Below are positions 37,201 through 49,000 of a DNA stretch of 64,000 nucleotides, piece after piece (the first letter of the stretch is position 1; every line of letters begins with the position of its first letter). The stretch is from Macrostomum lignano. Taxonomy: Eukaryota. A program made the position numbers and the translations under genes. The stretch covers positions 372,001 to 436,000 of the forward strand of contig NIVC01000621.1 in NCBI GenBank assembly GCA_002269645.1, read 5' to 3'. The notes beneath the pieces were generated by a model. The model saw nothing but the letters and a program-made list of their open reading frames with translations, had not been told where the DNA came from and ran no database searches.

Positions 37201-40200
37201 TGCGGCGCTAATATGAGTGCCTGCGGCGCTAAAATGAGTGCCTGCGGCGCTAAAATGAGTGCCTGCGGCGCTAATATGAGTGCCTGCGGCGCTAAAATGA
37301 GTGCCTGCGGCGCTGATATGAGTGCCTGCGGCGCTAAAATGAGTGCCTGCGGCGCTAAAATGAGTGCCTGCGGCGCTAAAATGAGTGCCTGCGGCGCTAA
37401 AATGAGTCCCTGCGGCGTTAATATGAGTGCCTGCGGCGCTAATATGAGTGCCTGCGGCGCTAAAATGAGTGCCTGCGGCGCTAAAATGAGTGCCTGCGGC
37501 GCTAATATGAGTGTCTGCGGCGCTAAAATGAGTGCCTGCGGCTCCAAAATGAGTGCCTGCGGCGCTAAAATGAGTGCCTGCGGCGCTAAAATGAGTGCCT
37601 GCGGCGCTAAAATGAGTGCCTGCGGCTCCAAAATGAGTGCCTGCGGCGCTAAAATGAGTGCCTGCGGCGCTAAAATGAGTCCCTGCGGCGCTAATATGAG
37701 TGCCTGCGGCGCTAAAATGAGTGCCTGCGGCGCTAAAATGAGTGCCTGCGGCGCTAAAATGAGTGCCTGCGGCGCTAATATGAGTGCCTGCGGCGCTAAA
37801 ATGAGTGCCTGCGGCGCTAAAATGAGTCCCTGCGGCGCTAATATGAGTGCCTGCGGCGCTAAAATGAGTGCCTGCGGCGCTAATATGAGTGCCTGCGGCG
37901 CTAAAATGAGTGCCTGCGGCTCCAAAATGAGTGCCTGCGGCGCTAAAATGAGTGCCTGCGGCGCTAAAATGAGTGCCTGCGGCGCTAATATGAGTGCCTG
38001 CGGCGCTAAAATGAGTGCCTGCGGCGCTAAAATGAGTGCCTGCGGCGCTAAAATGAGTGCCTGCGGCGCTAATATGAGTGCCTGCGGCGCTAAAATGAGT
38101 GCCTGCGGCGCTAAAATGAGTGCCTGCGGCGCTAAAATGAGTCCCTGCGGCGCTAATATGAGTGCCTGCGGCGCTAAAATGAGTGCCTGCGGCGCTAAAA
38201 TGAGTGCCTGCGGCGCTGAAATGAGTGCCTGCGGCGCTAAAATGAGTGCCTGCGGCGCTAATATGAGTGCCTGCGGCGCTAAAATGAGTGCCTGCGGCGC
38301 TAAAATGAGTCCCTGCGGCGCTAAAATGAGTGCCTGCGGCGCTAAAATGAGTCCCTGCGGCGCTAATATGAGTGCCTGCGGCGCTAAAATGAGTCCCTGC
38401 GGCGCTAATATGAGTGCCTGCGGCGCTAAAATGAGTGCCTGCGGCGCTAAAATGAGTGCCTGCGGCGCTAAAATGAGTGCCTGCGGCGCTAAAATGAGTG
38501 CCTGCGGCGCTAAAATGAGTGCCTGCGGCGCTAAAATGAGTGCCTGCGGCGCTAATATGAGTGCCTGCGGCGCTAAAATGAGTGCCTGCGGCGCTAAAAT
38601 GAGTCCCTGCGGCGCTAATATGAGTGCCTGCGGCGCTAAAATGAGTGCCTGCGGCGCTAATATGAGTGCCTGCGGCGCTAAAATGAGTGCCTGCGGCGCT
38701 AAAATGAGTGCCTGCGGCGCTAATATGAGTGCCTGCGGCGCTAAAATGAGTGCCTGCGGCGCTAAAATGAGTGCCTGCGGCGCTAAAATGAGTCCCTGCG
38801 GCGTTAATATGAGTGCCTGCGGCGCTAAAATGAGTGCCTGCGGCGCTAAAATGAGTGCCTGCGGCGCTAAAATGAGTGCCTGCGGCGCTAATATGAGTGT
38901 CTGCGGCGCTAAAATGAGTGCCTGCGGCTCCAAAATGAGTGCCTGCGGCGCTAAAATGAGTGCCTGCGGCGCTAAAATGAGTGCCTGTGGCGCTAAAATG
39001 AGTGCCTGCGGCGCTAAAATGAGTGCCTGCGGCGCTAAAATGAGTGCCTGCGGCTCCAAAATGAGTGCCTGCGGCGCTAAAATGAGTGCCTGCGGCGCTA
39101 AAATGAGTGCCTGCGGCGCTAAAATGAGTGCCTGCGGCGCTAAAATGAGTGCCTGCGGCGCTAAAATGAGTGCCTGTATCGCTAAAAAGAGTTCTGTAGT
39201 GTACGTACGTACAGTATGATACGCCCGGGCAGTCTGATTGGCTGCGGAGTGGGGTGGGTGCCGCCACCCCAATTCTAACTCCAAAATATATAGACGCGTG
39301 CCCAGCGCGGCGAGATTGTAAGAGTTTGGGTACACAGCAAACACGGCCTCTGACTCAGTTATTACAAGTGCCCGTGGCGCTAAAATGAGTCCCTGCGGCG
39401 CTAATATGAGTGCCTGCGGCGCTAAAATGAGTGCCTGCGGCGCTAAAATGAGTGCCTGCGGCGCTAAAATGAGTGCCTGCGGCGCTAAAATGAGTGCCTG
39501 CGGCGCTAAAATGAGTCCCTGCGGCGCTAATATGAGTGCCTGCGGCGCTAAAATGAGTGCCTGCGGCGCTAAAATGAGTGCCTGCGGCGCTAAAATGAGT
39601 CCCTGCGGCGCTAATATGAGTGCCTGCGGCGCTAAAATGAGTGCCTGCGGCGCTAATATGAGTGCCTGCGGCGCTAAAATGAGTGCCTGCGGCGCTAAAA
39701 TGAGTGCCTGCGGCGCTAATATGAGTGCCTGCGGCGCTAAAATGAGTGCCTGCGGCGCTAAAATGAGTGCCTGCGGCGCTAATATGAGTGCCTGCGGCGC
39801 TAAAATGAGTGCCTGCGGCGCTGATATGAGTGCCTGCGGCGCTAAAATGAGTGCCTGCGGCGCTAAAATGAGTGCCTGCGGCGCTAAAATGAGTGCCTGC
39901 GGCGCTAAAATGAGTCCCTGCGGCGTTAATATGAGTGCCTGCGGCGCTAAAATGAGTGCCTGCGGCGCTAATATGAGTGCCTGCGGCGCTAAAATGAGTG
40001 CCTGCGGCGCTAATATGAGTGTCTGCGGCGCTAAAATGAGTGCCTGCGGCTCCAAAATGAGTGCCTGCGGCGCTAAAATGAGTGCCTGCGGCGCTAAAAT
40101 GAGTGCCTGTGGCGCTAAAATGAGTGCCTGCGGCTCCAAAATGAGTGCCTGCGGCGCTAAAATGAGTGCCTGCGGCGCTAAAATGAGTGCCTGCGGCGCT

Positions 40201-40618
40201 AAAATGAGTGCCTGCGGCGCTAAAATGAGTGCCTGCGGCGCTAAAATGAGTGCCTGTATCGCTAAAAAGAGTTCTGTAGTGTACGTACGTACAGTATGAT
40301 ACGCCCGGGCAGTCTGATTGGCTGCGGAGTGGGGTGGGTGCCGCCACCCCAATTCTAACTCCAAAATATATAGACGCGTGCCCAGCGCGGCGAGATTGTA
40401 AGAGTTTGGGTACACAGCAAACACGGCCTCTGACTCAGTTATTACAAGTGCCCGTGGCGCTAAAATGAGTGCCTGCGGCGCTAAAATGGGTGCTGACAAC
40501 ACCGATTCTGAAAATAAAGTACCTGTAGGAATTTCCTCGTGCACATGTACTTGTACTTGTACATGTACATGTTCTTGGCTTTGTCCCCCCCACCATAAAA
40601 TCCATGGCGACGCGCCTG
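34225..40618 (+). mobile_element. hAT-type non-autonomous transposon expanded to 6.4 kb by an internal satellite
   Basis: TIRs CAGTGGCGTCGCCA...TGGCGACGCGCCTG and an 8-bp TSD GTCATGGG (34217-34224) / GTCATGAG (40619-40626). Removing the element plus one TSD restores the channel reading frame. Confidence 0.88.
34372..40487. repeat. 21-bp satellite with three identical ~200-bp spacers
   Basis: (GAGTGCCTGCGGCGCTAA(A/T)AT)n, with spacers at ~36668-36867, 39176-39375 and 40256-40455 (offsets 2508 and 1080 bp). Confidence 0.97.
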
Positions 40619-42504
40619 GTCATGAGTTCGCTTCCGAGAAACATGCGCGCAAATATTGCTGTGAGACCAAGGTAGAACATGAAAAACATGAGAAAATTTG
40701 TTAAACTACGATGAAAACTGCTCATCAGGGCTGATATTGACGGCACAAGGCGCATGAACCAGAAAATCAGGCTTAGACTCGACAGTAGAACAATTTTTAT
40801 GCCAGAACCTTGCACAGTGTAGACCATCTGATTGAACAGAGCGCAGCTACTTCGAATGTCGACGTGCAGCCAGAGGAGCAGCGCAGCAGTGGGCAGCAAC
40901 ACGGCGCATGGCAGCAGCCACGACAGCAGATCTCTGTAGCTCCTTCGGGGCCGCCTTGGGTAGCCGACCTTCCTTCTGGTTTATTAGTTATTGAATAATA
41001 TCAATTCATTTTTTATCCTAATATTGTTCAAATGCAAAAATACACAGTCATGCATGCTCATAAAAGTCAAACTTCGGTTACTGACCTAAAAGTTTCCTTT
41101 CCTAGCAGGCCTCCTGCTGCGAAGAGCAGAAAGAGCAGAGAGGTTGTCAGGCATGCAGAAAGTACGAGAAGAAGGGGTGCAGGATCCCTATCCCAGTTTG
41201 ATGACGCACTGAAATAGTATGTGAAAAATAGGCGCTTTATACCTGGACCTGAGAAGATGGTGACAGACACCAGCTGTAAGAAAATAAGACAGGCAATAGC
41301 TATCACGATCCACCGGTTGCGGTCGTACAGCGCCTCGACCCAGCGCCTTCACAGGAAGCCGTTGCGGAACACGTCCGCCGCCTTCAGCTCCGGATCGCCG
41401 GATCACCGGACCAGATGAAATCATGAAATCAGCTTGGTGTTGAGCTCAAGCTCCTCTGTGGTTGGAGCTGGCGAGAAATTCGGCCCAGTCGGAGGGTCCG
41501 AGAGAGTCGCGGAACTCGTTGAGTTCGTCAGCATTGTCGTCGGCGATGCAGCGGACGAACGCGAGCCAGTCGCGGGTACGAGCTATCAGGATGGAAGTCC
41601 TTCGACTGCTTATGTTTGAACTTTTCCATTTCAATGGTAATTCAGAGGCCCTGACTTCTGATTTCTGAGCAGATTGTATCAGGTGTATCGGGAATACTTA
41701 TTCGGTCTTATACACGGGGCAGATGTGACGCCCTCCCCCAAATAATTGTTTGCTCCATTTCCGTGAGCACACAGCGAGAGCTGGCCGTGCCCGGTGGATG
41801 CAGAGGATCAGGAACTGCGAGCTACTTTTGGTGCCTTATCCGGTGCTGTGGTGGCTATCCTGTAAATCATTGCGTGTTTGCTCACGTCACGAGCCGGTTT
41901 GTTCTGCAACTATACTTTTGTGTTTGCACAGCTGCCTCATGTGGGCCAGCCATATACGATATTTGTGTAGAGAAGTGACCAAAAAAACGCGTGAATAAAC
42001 CGCCTGACAGCATGATAATGGCTACTTTACCCAGTCATGAGATGAGATTAAACTGAATTCTGGTGATTTCTTTTATTCTTTTTGATTGCTGACTCATCAG
42101 CTGTGATTGATTGATGATGCGCTGTTGATATAATTAGCGGGATGGAAGATTGATTTCTCTGCATAGAAAATCGGAATGAAGTCAAGTGTGTATGTGCGGA
42201 TTATGGTGTCAATTTTTAAGTATAATTTGCAGCTGCAGAAACATGTAGAACCGTTTCTTATCAAGGGAATTCTGTAACCCAGATGCATACATGTACACAC
42301 TGTGCATGTACCTACAGGTGTACGTGCAGTGTAATTTAAACACCTGAAGGGGCTCAATATAAACTGGACTGGATTGTTTTGATTTGTACCACGCCTTTAA
42401 CCCAAACTTGTGTACCCAGTTTTGTACTCCTCTGTCAAATGTTACAATTGTTCAAGTCAATATATAAAAGCAAAATCTTTCCCTTCGTTTAATAAATTTA
42501 GTAA

Positions 42505-42541
42505 GCCCTGACGATGTCCATTGTCGTCGAAATACATCGGC
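42505..42541 (+). ncRNA. Candidate minimal type-I hammerhead ribozyme (Penelope-like element end)
   Basis: GCC-CTGACGA-n14-GAAA-TAC-ATC-GGC. Core boxes are present, stem I is GCC/GGC, stem III is 2 bp and the triplet is AUC. Stem II pairing is poor. Confidence 0.35.
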
Positions 42542-43200
42542 ATTGAAAACATTCTATTTGGTTATCTCCTTCATTCATTTACTTTTTATAAAGCGAGTTA
42601 CATTATTCCCTGAATTATAAATGAGGAGGCTTTTCTTGTTTTTGGCTATCCAACTTTTAAACTACTAACCACTGCAGTGTAAAAAGAAATTGCTGATTAC
42701 TGACTTAGAGATTATTTCTTCTCTCTATATTATTTACCTGTACTCACATTTGAAGTTCCGTTGAAATTACACGTAGATTCTGTAACAAGGTAATTTTAAA
42801 TCGCTATAATTATTGCCATGCATATGCACAGTTAAAAGGGGGGCGTAGCAGCCTTTGGGTTTTCAAGACACCATTTAAGACACCAAATTTAGAGCAAAAC
42901 GATAAAATTGATTGTTAAAAGCTAATGATGGACACTTGGGGCTCAGGCCTCAGTTTCTTTTGAAACCCGACATCAACAGTTTATCTGCAGTGCACATTTC
43001 TGCAGCCGAAGCATTAAAAGTAGCCGAGACTTAAAATATTACATGTACAATTTTACATGGACAAAGGTGTGCATGTACGTGTACTGCTTAGAAATTATGA
43101 AGCCTCCACATGCACCGGCGCAATATTTGTCACATCCTACAGTCACTACATTGCCCAAATTAAGTACCTAAATACATGCGCGTACATGACTTAATTACAT

Positions 43201-44630
43201 TGATGAGGACGCACTTTTTTTCAAATGTCACTCGCACATGGGTTCCAAACTTGTTAGCCTACTAACAGCAGGCTATGGACATTTTTCTCCGTTTTTTGTA
43301 ATTTTCCTAGAATTCATACTAGTAGGATCTTTGTAGCTGTATGATTTTGCCATACTTGTAGTAACATAGGCGCGGTTTTCGCTATTTTTGGGGTCAAAAA
43401 TCATTGCTTGTGAGTTGGTCTGACAGCCACCTGCGTCTCACTCAGTGTTGAGGCTGGCGCCAGATGGTCTGAGAGGATGCGGGCGGTAGCTTTTTTCTCA
43501 TCATTTTGACAGGCCATCAGATTTATGAGGTCAGGGCCTATTGTTCGTGTTCACTCAAGCGTGTGACAGCTTTGGAATCTATGCGTTTTACCCCTAAACT
43601 TTGAGATTAGCGATTATCTTGCTTACTTGCTTGATTGGGTGATCCCTTATCTGTCCCCTGTTTCAGTAGCGGACAAGCAAACATACAAACCTTAGAGATT
43701 TAGTAATTTGGATTAGGCGCACACTTTTGCAAATTTTGTTCAGTAGTGCTGTTGCTGAGGCAGAAATCATTCAATAATACTGCTAGTAGTCTGAAACTCC
43801 AATTCAATCTGAAGTGTGAAGTGATCTAAGGAGAAGGTTAAATCTGACAGATATTTTTATCGTTTTTATTTCTTTGTTCGCCGATGGCTCAGATGAGTAG
43901 CTAAGCTAGTAGGCGCCGGTCACAGTGGACCAATGGCAAGGCAGTTCTCAGTCGATCAATGTATCAAATCAGTTAGCGAAACTGCCAATAGTGCAAAATC
44001 GGTGCTAGAGATGTACTTTGTGCACTCTAGGTTAGCCAGCGGCTCGGGTAATGAATCATGCGGTCTCTGATGTTCGAGTTAGTCTATCATCAGCGCTACG
44101 AGAGGCTGGATGGCGCGTTGAAGGCCAAAATTACATTCTCTCGTATTTAGCAATGTAATAGTACATGTAGCTACCCCATAGTCTCGCCACTGCAAGAATC
44201 CCCTGCACAAGTCCCCTCTGTACCTCTGAATGGCCAATGCGATCAAGTCCCAGCAGTGTCCCTTATCATCGGCTATGACTTCGAGATTGACAGCAAAAAG
44301 TCACTAGTTGGCAGGTAAGTGCAAAGCCCATAGCTTCTAGTCGGAAGACCGATTTCGAAAGTTCCGGTTTGGTGAGCCAGGACACACGGGCTGGTGGCAG
44401 CGGGTTAGTTAATCTGCGGATTAGCTGATCTCTATCTTCAAAATTCTCCCTGCTTGTCTCTCACTGTCCCTCTGTTAGCTATAGGACCTAGACTGCTCGC
44501 CACACAGATCAAAGCTATCATGGGGCTGACCATCTGACAGGAGTGGGGGCCAGGATCCTCTCAGATGTATTTCTGAGACCTGAGGCCCGAAGGCTTCCCC
44601 AAAAGGAGCCGAAAAGGTCGAAACCCATCA
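43201..44630 (+). mobile_element. Solo LTR (TGATG...CATCA family) lacking its promoter core
   Basis: TG..CA ends with a 5-bp inverted terminus and ACAT/ACGT flanks (4-bp TSD, 1 mismatch). Collinear with the reverse complement of 54921-56885 except for ~0.6 kb missing. Confidence 0.85.
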
Positions 44631-46094
44631 ACGTGATGGATATGCATGAGGTGCTGATCCAGATAATTAATTGAACGGGGGAGCGCATAGACTACTATAG
44701 CTATAGTCTATAGCCACACTAAAGGTATATGCATATGATATCATGTATCATGTATACGTACATGATAGTGTGTATTACTCACTCATAGATAAAATAAAAA
44801 AGCAAACTCGACGGGGGCAGCGTCCCCCCTAAGTTCCGCCACCGCGAATTGATGAAGTAGTGTAAGTTATACTTAATTCACTACATACGAGCGTACAATT
44901 AAATTGGGAACATGCTAAAGATCTTGGATTACTAAAATATGTCCTTTTTCTTCGCATTTCTTGTTTTCGTAAAATTAAGAGATGTGTTGTTTCTTCCTAT
45001 TGTCATCAGTAGCGTATTGTTTCCTGCTTTGCTAAGGTAAGATTTAAACAATATACTCAACTTTTACTAACAAAGTATTGCTATTCATTAGAAATGCGTT
45101 TCTTATTATTAGTCCTTGTAAAATAGAAACATAAGCCTTTTATTAATAAAGCAAAATCTTTTATTTATCAATTGCCACGGAATCTTACTGGTAAATATTT
45201 AAAGTAGATTCCATCCAGTAACACGGTACTAAAATATAAACACATTATTTCATTTGTGAATCGCATACTCAGTTACGACTTAACTGCATACAAAATTAAT
45301 ACTTTTACACTTTAAGTGTTCTCGCTGATCACTTGTAATGTAATCCAAGAGTGCTGAGAGCATGATTTAATAAATGTTCTAGCATTTTAAAAGATTTCGT
45401 ACGCAGATATATTTTTTCACTATTTTTTTACTAATAAAACTAGTTTAAACATACAGATTTATATTAAGTGCATTTTTATCTTGTTTTTAGCTTATTAGTA
45501 TTCATACATTAGCAGTCGATTTTCTTCATTAGATGTTTATTTAAGATTCAGCACTAGAATTTGAAACAAACAAATACACTTAGTAGGAAATTCCTTAAAG
45601 TACAGGGATACTTGTAATCATTTTAAAATTACAAATAGTCAACAAAAATTCTATTAGGTTAATCTTGAATGACCTGAAAACCGAATGTCAATCTCTATAA
45701 ATATAGCATAGTTTTTAGTACTTTTTGGAGATGCAAATGCTAAAACATTTTTCTTGCGTTTCCTTTAGGGACAACTTAAGTAGTAGCTAGGGGTATGGTA
45801 TAATATCTCTTATTTTTTTCGAAAATCATTTTAGTGAATAATATATAGCTACACTATAAAGAAGGAAGTTTGCATTTTAGACACAATGGAACTCTTGGAA
45901 CTTCATATTTACTTTCTACACTACATTAAAAATATAAAATGACACGAGTAGTCTCCAAAAAATCTTCACACTATTCTAGTGTGAAGTCTAGTCAGAAATA
46001 AATAGTCTAGTCAGAAACGAGATACTTTTCCTTGATTTCTGTCCCCAGCTCACACAACACTGAGACACAAGAAACGCAGTAAAGAACAACCGCG

Positions 46095-49000
46095 ATGGCC
46101 GAGGCGTTCCCTGCTCCAGCAGAGCCCGAGCCACCTCAGCCTGCTGATGAAGAGACATTTCAGCGAGCTTTTCAAAACTCGGACTGGAAGAAGATGGTGG
46201 AGCTGCTTAGAGCGTCTGTCGCTACAAACAACTCAGATCTTGCCCACAGGTTCTGCATGAAAGCTGTGGCAATTGCAGCTGGTAAAAAAAGTTGGCAGTC
46301 GGTGATTGAACTGATTTCAGCCGCTCCTGACGCTCGCACCATGAATGCTTGCTGCGCTCTGGTGGTCGCTGCGGCAGCCAAGGACCGTCAGGCAGATGTG
46401 GTGCGTCAACTGCTTGACCTGACTGACTTCAGAGCCAGAGACCAGTTTGCCTTGGTGTCCTTGCTGTCAGCTCAGTTCCAGGAGGACAAAGTAACTGAGC
46501 TGCTGGAGGCCGCTGAGACTTGTGCTGCCCGAGATGCAATTTGCGCCCTGGCTGCTCGACTTGCAGCGAAAAGTGCAAACTGGCAAGCCGTGGTTCAATT
46601 TTGTAAATTGATTGAATCAACCAGTGTCAGAGACAAGTGCTGCATCGATATTGTGAGTACAGTGGCTCACAATCAACAGTGGAATTTGGTGTATGAAATT
46701 CTTGACATTGTCTCACCTGGATCTGCTACAGACCAGTGCTGTTTAGAAGCAGTGAAGCCGTCTGCAGATAACAGGAACTGGAAGTTGGTGATGAAACTGA
46801 TAGAAATGGCTTCTGAAAATGAAATTGAATTCAAGGACCAGTGCTGCGTTGATGCGATGAATCGAGAACAGTCCAAAACTGTGACAGTCCGTGACAAATG
46901 CTGCAATGATGCAGTTCAGTCTGCAGCTTCTCATAAACAGTGGAAAATGGCAATCGAAGTAATTCCCATTATCTCTCAAGTCGCTCTGAGAGTTCACTGC
47001 TGTGCTCATTTGATGAAGCCACTAGCTGATAGTCAAGAATGGAACCTCGTTCTCGATCTGGTTAAACTTTCCAAAGAAATATCTGAAAGTGACGAGTGCT
47101 GGATTACTGCATTGGAACTGGCATCGTTCGGCAAGCAATCAGAAACAGTGAGACAGCTCCTTCAGATGCAAGGCACAGAGAAGGTCAGAGAAGATTTCAT
47201 TCTGAAGCTACTCGATTCAGAAAAGTATGAAGCGGTGCTGTTTTTGTTGGAGTTCTTCGCTGAAAATCTCGAAGAAGTAGAAAATTTTATCGCCGATCGT
47301 GAGAAGTCTGATTTCAAACAGCTCGATAAAAAATGGAAGTGGCTCATTGTGGGCATCGAAAGAATACCAGATACGCGTAAAAGGCACTATTTGCAGAAGC
47401 TGCTCGATCTGTCAATCGACCAAAAGGAGTGGCGTGCCGTCTGCCTGATTGCAAGCCTCTTTAACCAGGTCACTGAAAGGAAGCCCATCGAAGGTCTTCG
47501 TGCAGACAGTGATGGCTCTTTCAAACAGGCTATAATTGCGGTGCTTTCAATTATCGATGAACAAACAAAGTCGCATTGTTGTGTAGCTCTATTCGTTTAT
47601 TCGTTGGAATTCAATGACTTTACTCGTAACTATTGGCCGTACTACGAGTATGATTCAGATACAAATTTATTAGCCAGCGCTGAAGCCAACGAAGAACTCG
47701 AAGATGCTCTCGTTTCAATGCTTGCTCGTCAGCAAAGTAATCGGGATATCTACAACCGGATTTCTCGTTGTTTCTACTATTACGTGCACTGCAACCGATA
47801 TGAAAATGAAAAACTAGTTAAAGTTTTTGCCAAAGTGGCTGTAAAACTGAGAGACTTTAGGATGATTCAAGTGCTGATTCATTTGTGCTCCATTTGGTGC
47901 TGCCGAATGGTTTTTTGTGAATCTACATGTAGATGCGACATGTGCAAAATAAAAGACAGTCAAGGAAGTCACTGTGACGATAGATGGTATTCGAATTTTT
48001 GGAGGAACATTTGGTTCTGGGATGACAGTCAAAGAAGTCACTGTAACCATAGATGGTGTTCGAATTTTTGGAGCGACATTTGGTTCTGGGATGACAGTCA
48101 AAGAAGTCACCGGCGTGAAGAGTGGCGTAAAATTAAATGTTCATGCAACTGTAGCAATTGTAGGAAACTGAACGAGAAGCTCAATGCTTTCATCGACTCT
48201 TATCCGTTTGGTTCTCAGGATTTGAACGAAATTTACAGATGGCTGGACAGACAAAATTATAAAAATTATCTAAAGAATTGTCTCCTAGAAAATATAAAAT
48301 CAGCTCTCATGGATACAGAGCAGAAGACACACAAAGAAACTGCTGAGCCCGAAGTGGAACAAGTGGAACCAGCAGGACCCATCAAAACTACAGTATTGCA
48401 TCGCATGCTTCAAGAGTTACAAAATCTTACAACTGCAACCGAATCTCAGAGGCAGAGTTGGTGGAAAGAAATGCTCGGATTAGCAAATTCAACTCAAGGA
48501 GCGGAACTGTTTTGCGATCAACAAGAAGTCGAAACATTTTGCACCAGCCTCAAACGTCATTTAAAATCTCGCCCAGACTGGCTGCGGGATGAAGCAGTAT
48601 TCAAGCGAATCGCGGAGCTCAATATTTTATCAGGAGATTTATCCAATATAAATAAACTAGTGAGCTGTGTTAATGCAGCTGATCCCCAACTGGCTACGGA
48701 TGTCATTGTCGGAGCCGTTGAGTTCGCATCAAAGCATCAAAAGTGGAGCTTGATGGAGCACCTGATTGCTTCCGCGCCCAACCAATATGCAAAGATTCAG
48801 AGCTACCTGAAGGCTTTCAAATTCGGCTGGAGAACGACTGACAAAATTCTTGACTGTGCAGCCACCAGCTGCAAATTCGTTGGCGGTGTCTGCAACGATG
48901 AAGACAGGAAGCGAATCGTGCAGCATCTGATCAGGGGGAAGCAGTGGGAAGAGTTGAGCGAATGCTGCTGCGATGACTTTCGAACATTTCCTGAAGCTGA

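Larger units (their letters stand above)
33765..41650 (-). pseudogene. Disrupted TRP-like (TRPV/TRPA-type) six-transmembrane cation channel
   Basis: Six successive hydrophobic segments: RWIVIAIACLIFLQL, LLLVLSACLTTSLLFLLF, YRDLLSWLLPCAVLL, IVLLSSLSLIFWFMRL, LTNFLMFFMFYLGL, pore FYTTFLVSLNI, then LLITHVTYVLFT. In-frame GT-AG intron at 41085-40976. The hAT insertion sits between ELMT and VRTNS. Frameshifts at ~41340-41460 and ~34045. The family assignment is from topology and motifs only. Confidence 0.65.

Noticed and set aside
34372-40487. CRISPR-like repeat/spacer appearance
   Set aside because: The repeats are directly tandem, the three spacers are identical, the genome is eukaryotic and there are no cas genes.
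34218-40544. 2108-aa and 780-806-aa ORFs
   Set aside because: They result from a 21-bp unit that is stop-free in several frames and sits inside a TIR/TSD-bounded transposon. Not called as genes without expression data.
44570-44630. LTR 3' end CTGAG...GAAAC resembling a hammerhead
   Set aside because: The core deviates from CUGANGA in all three copies. It is better explained as a structured LTR terminus.
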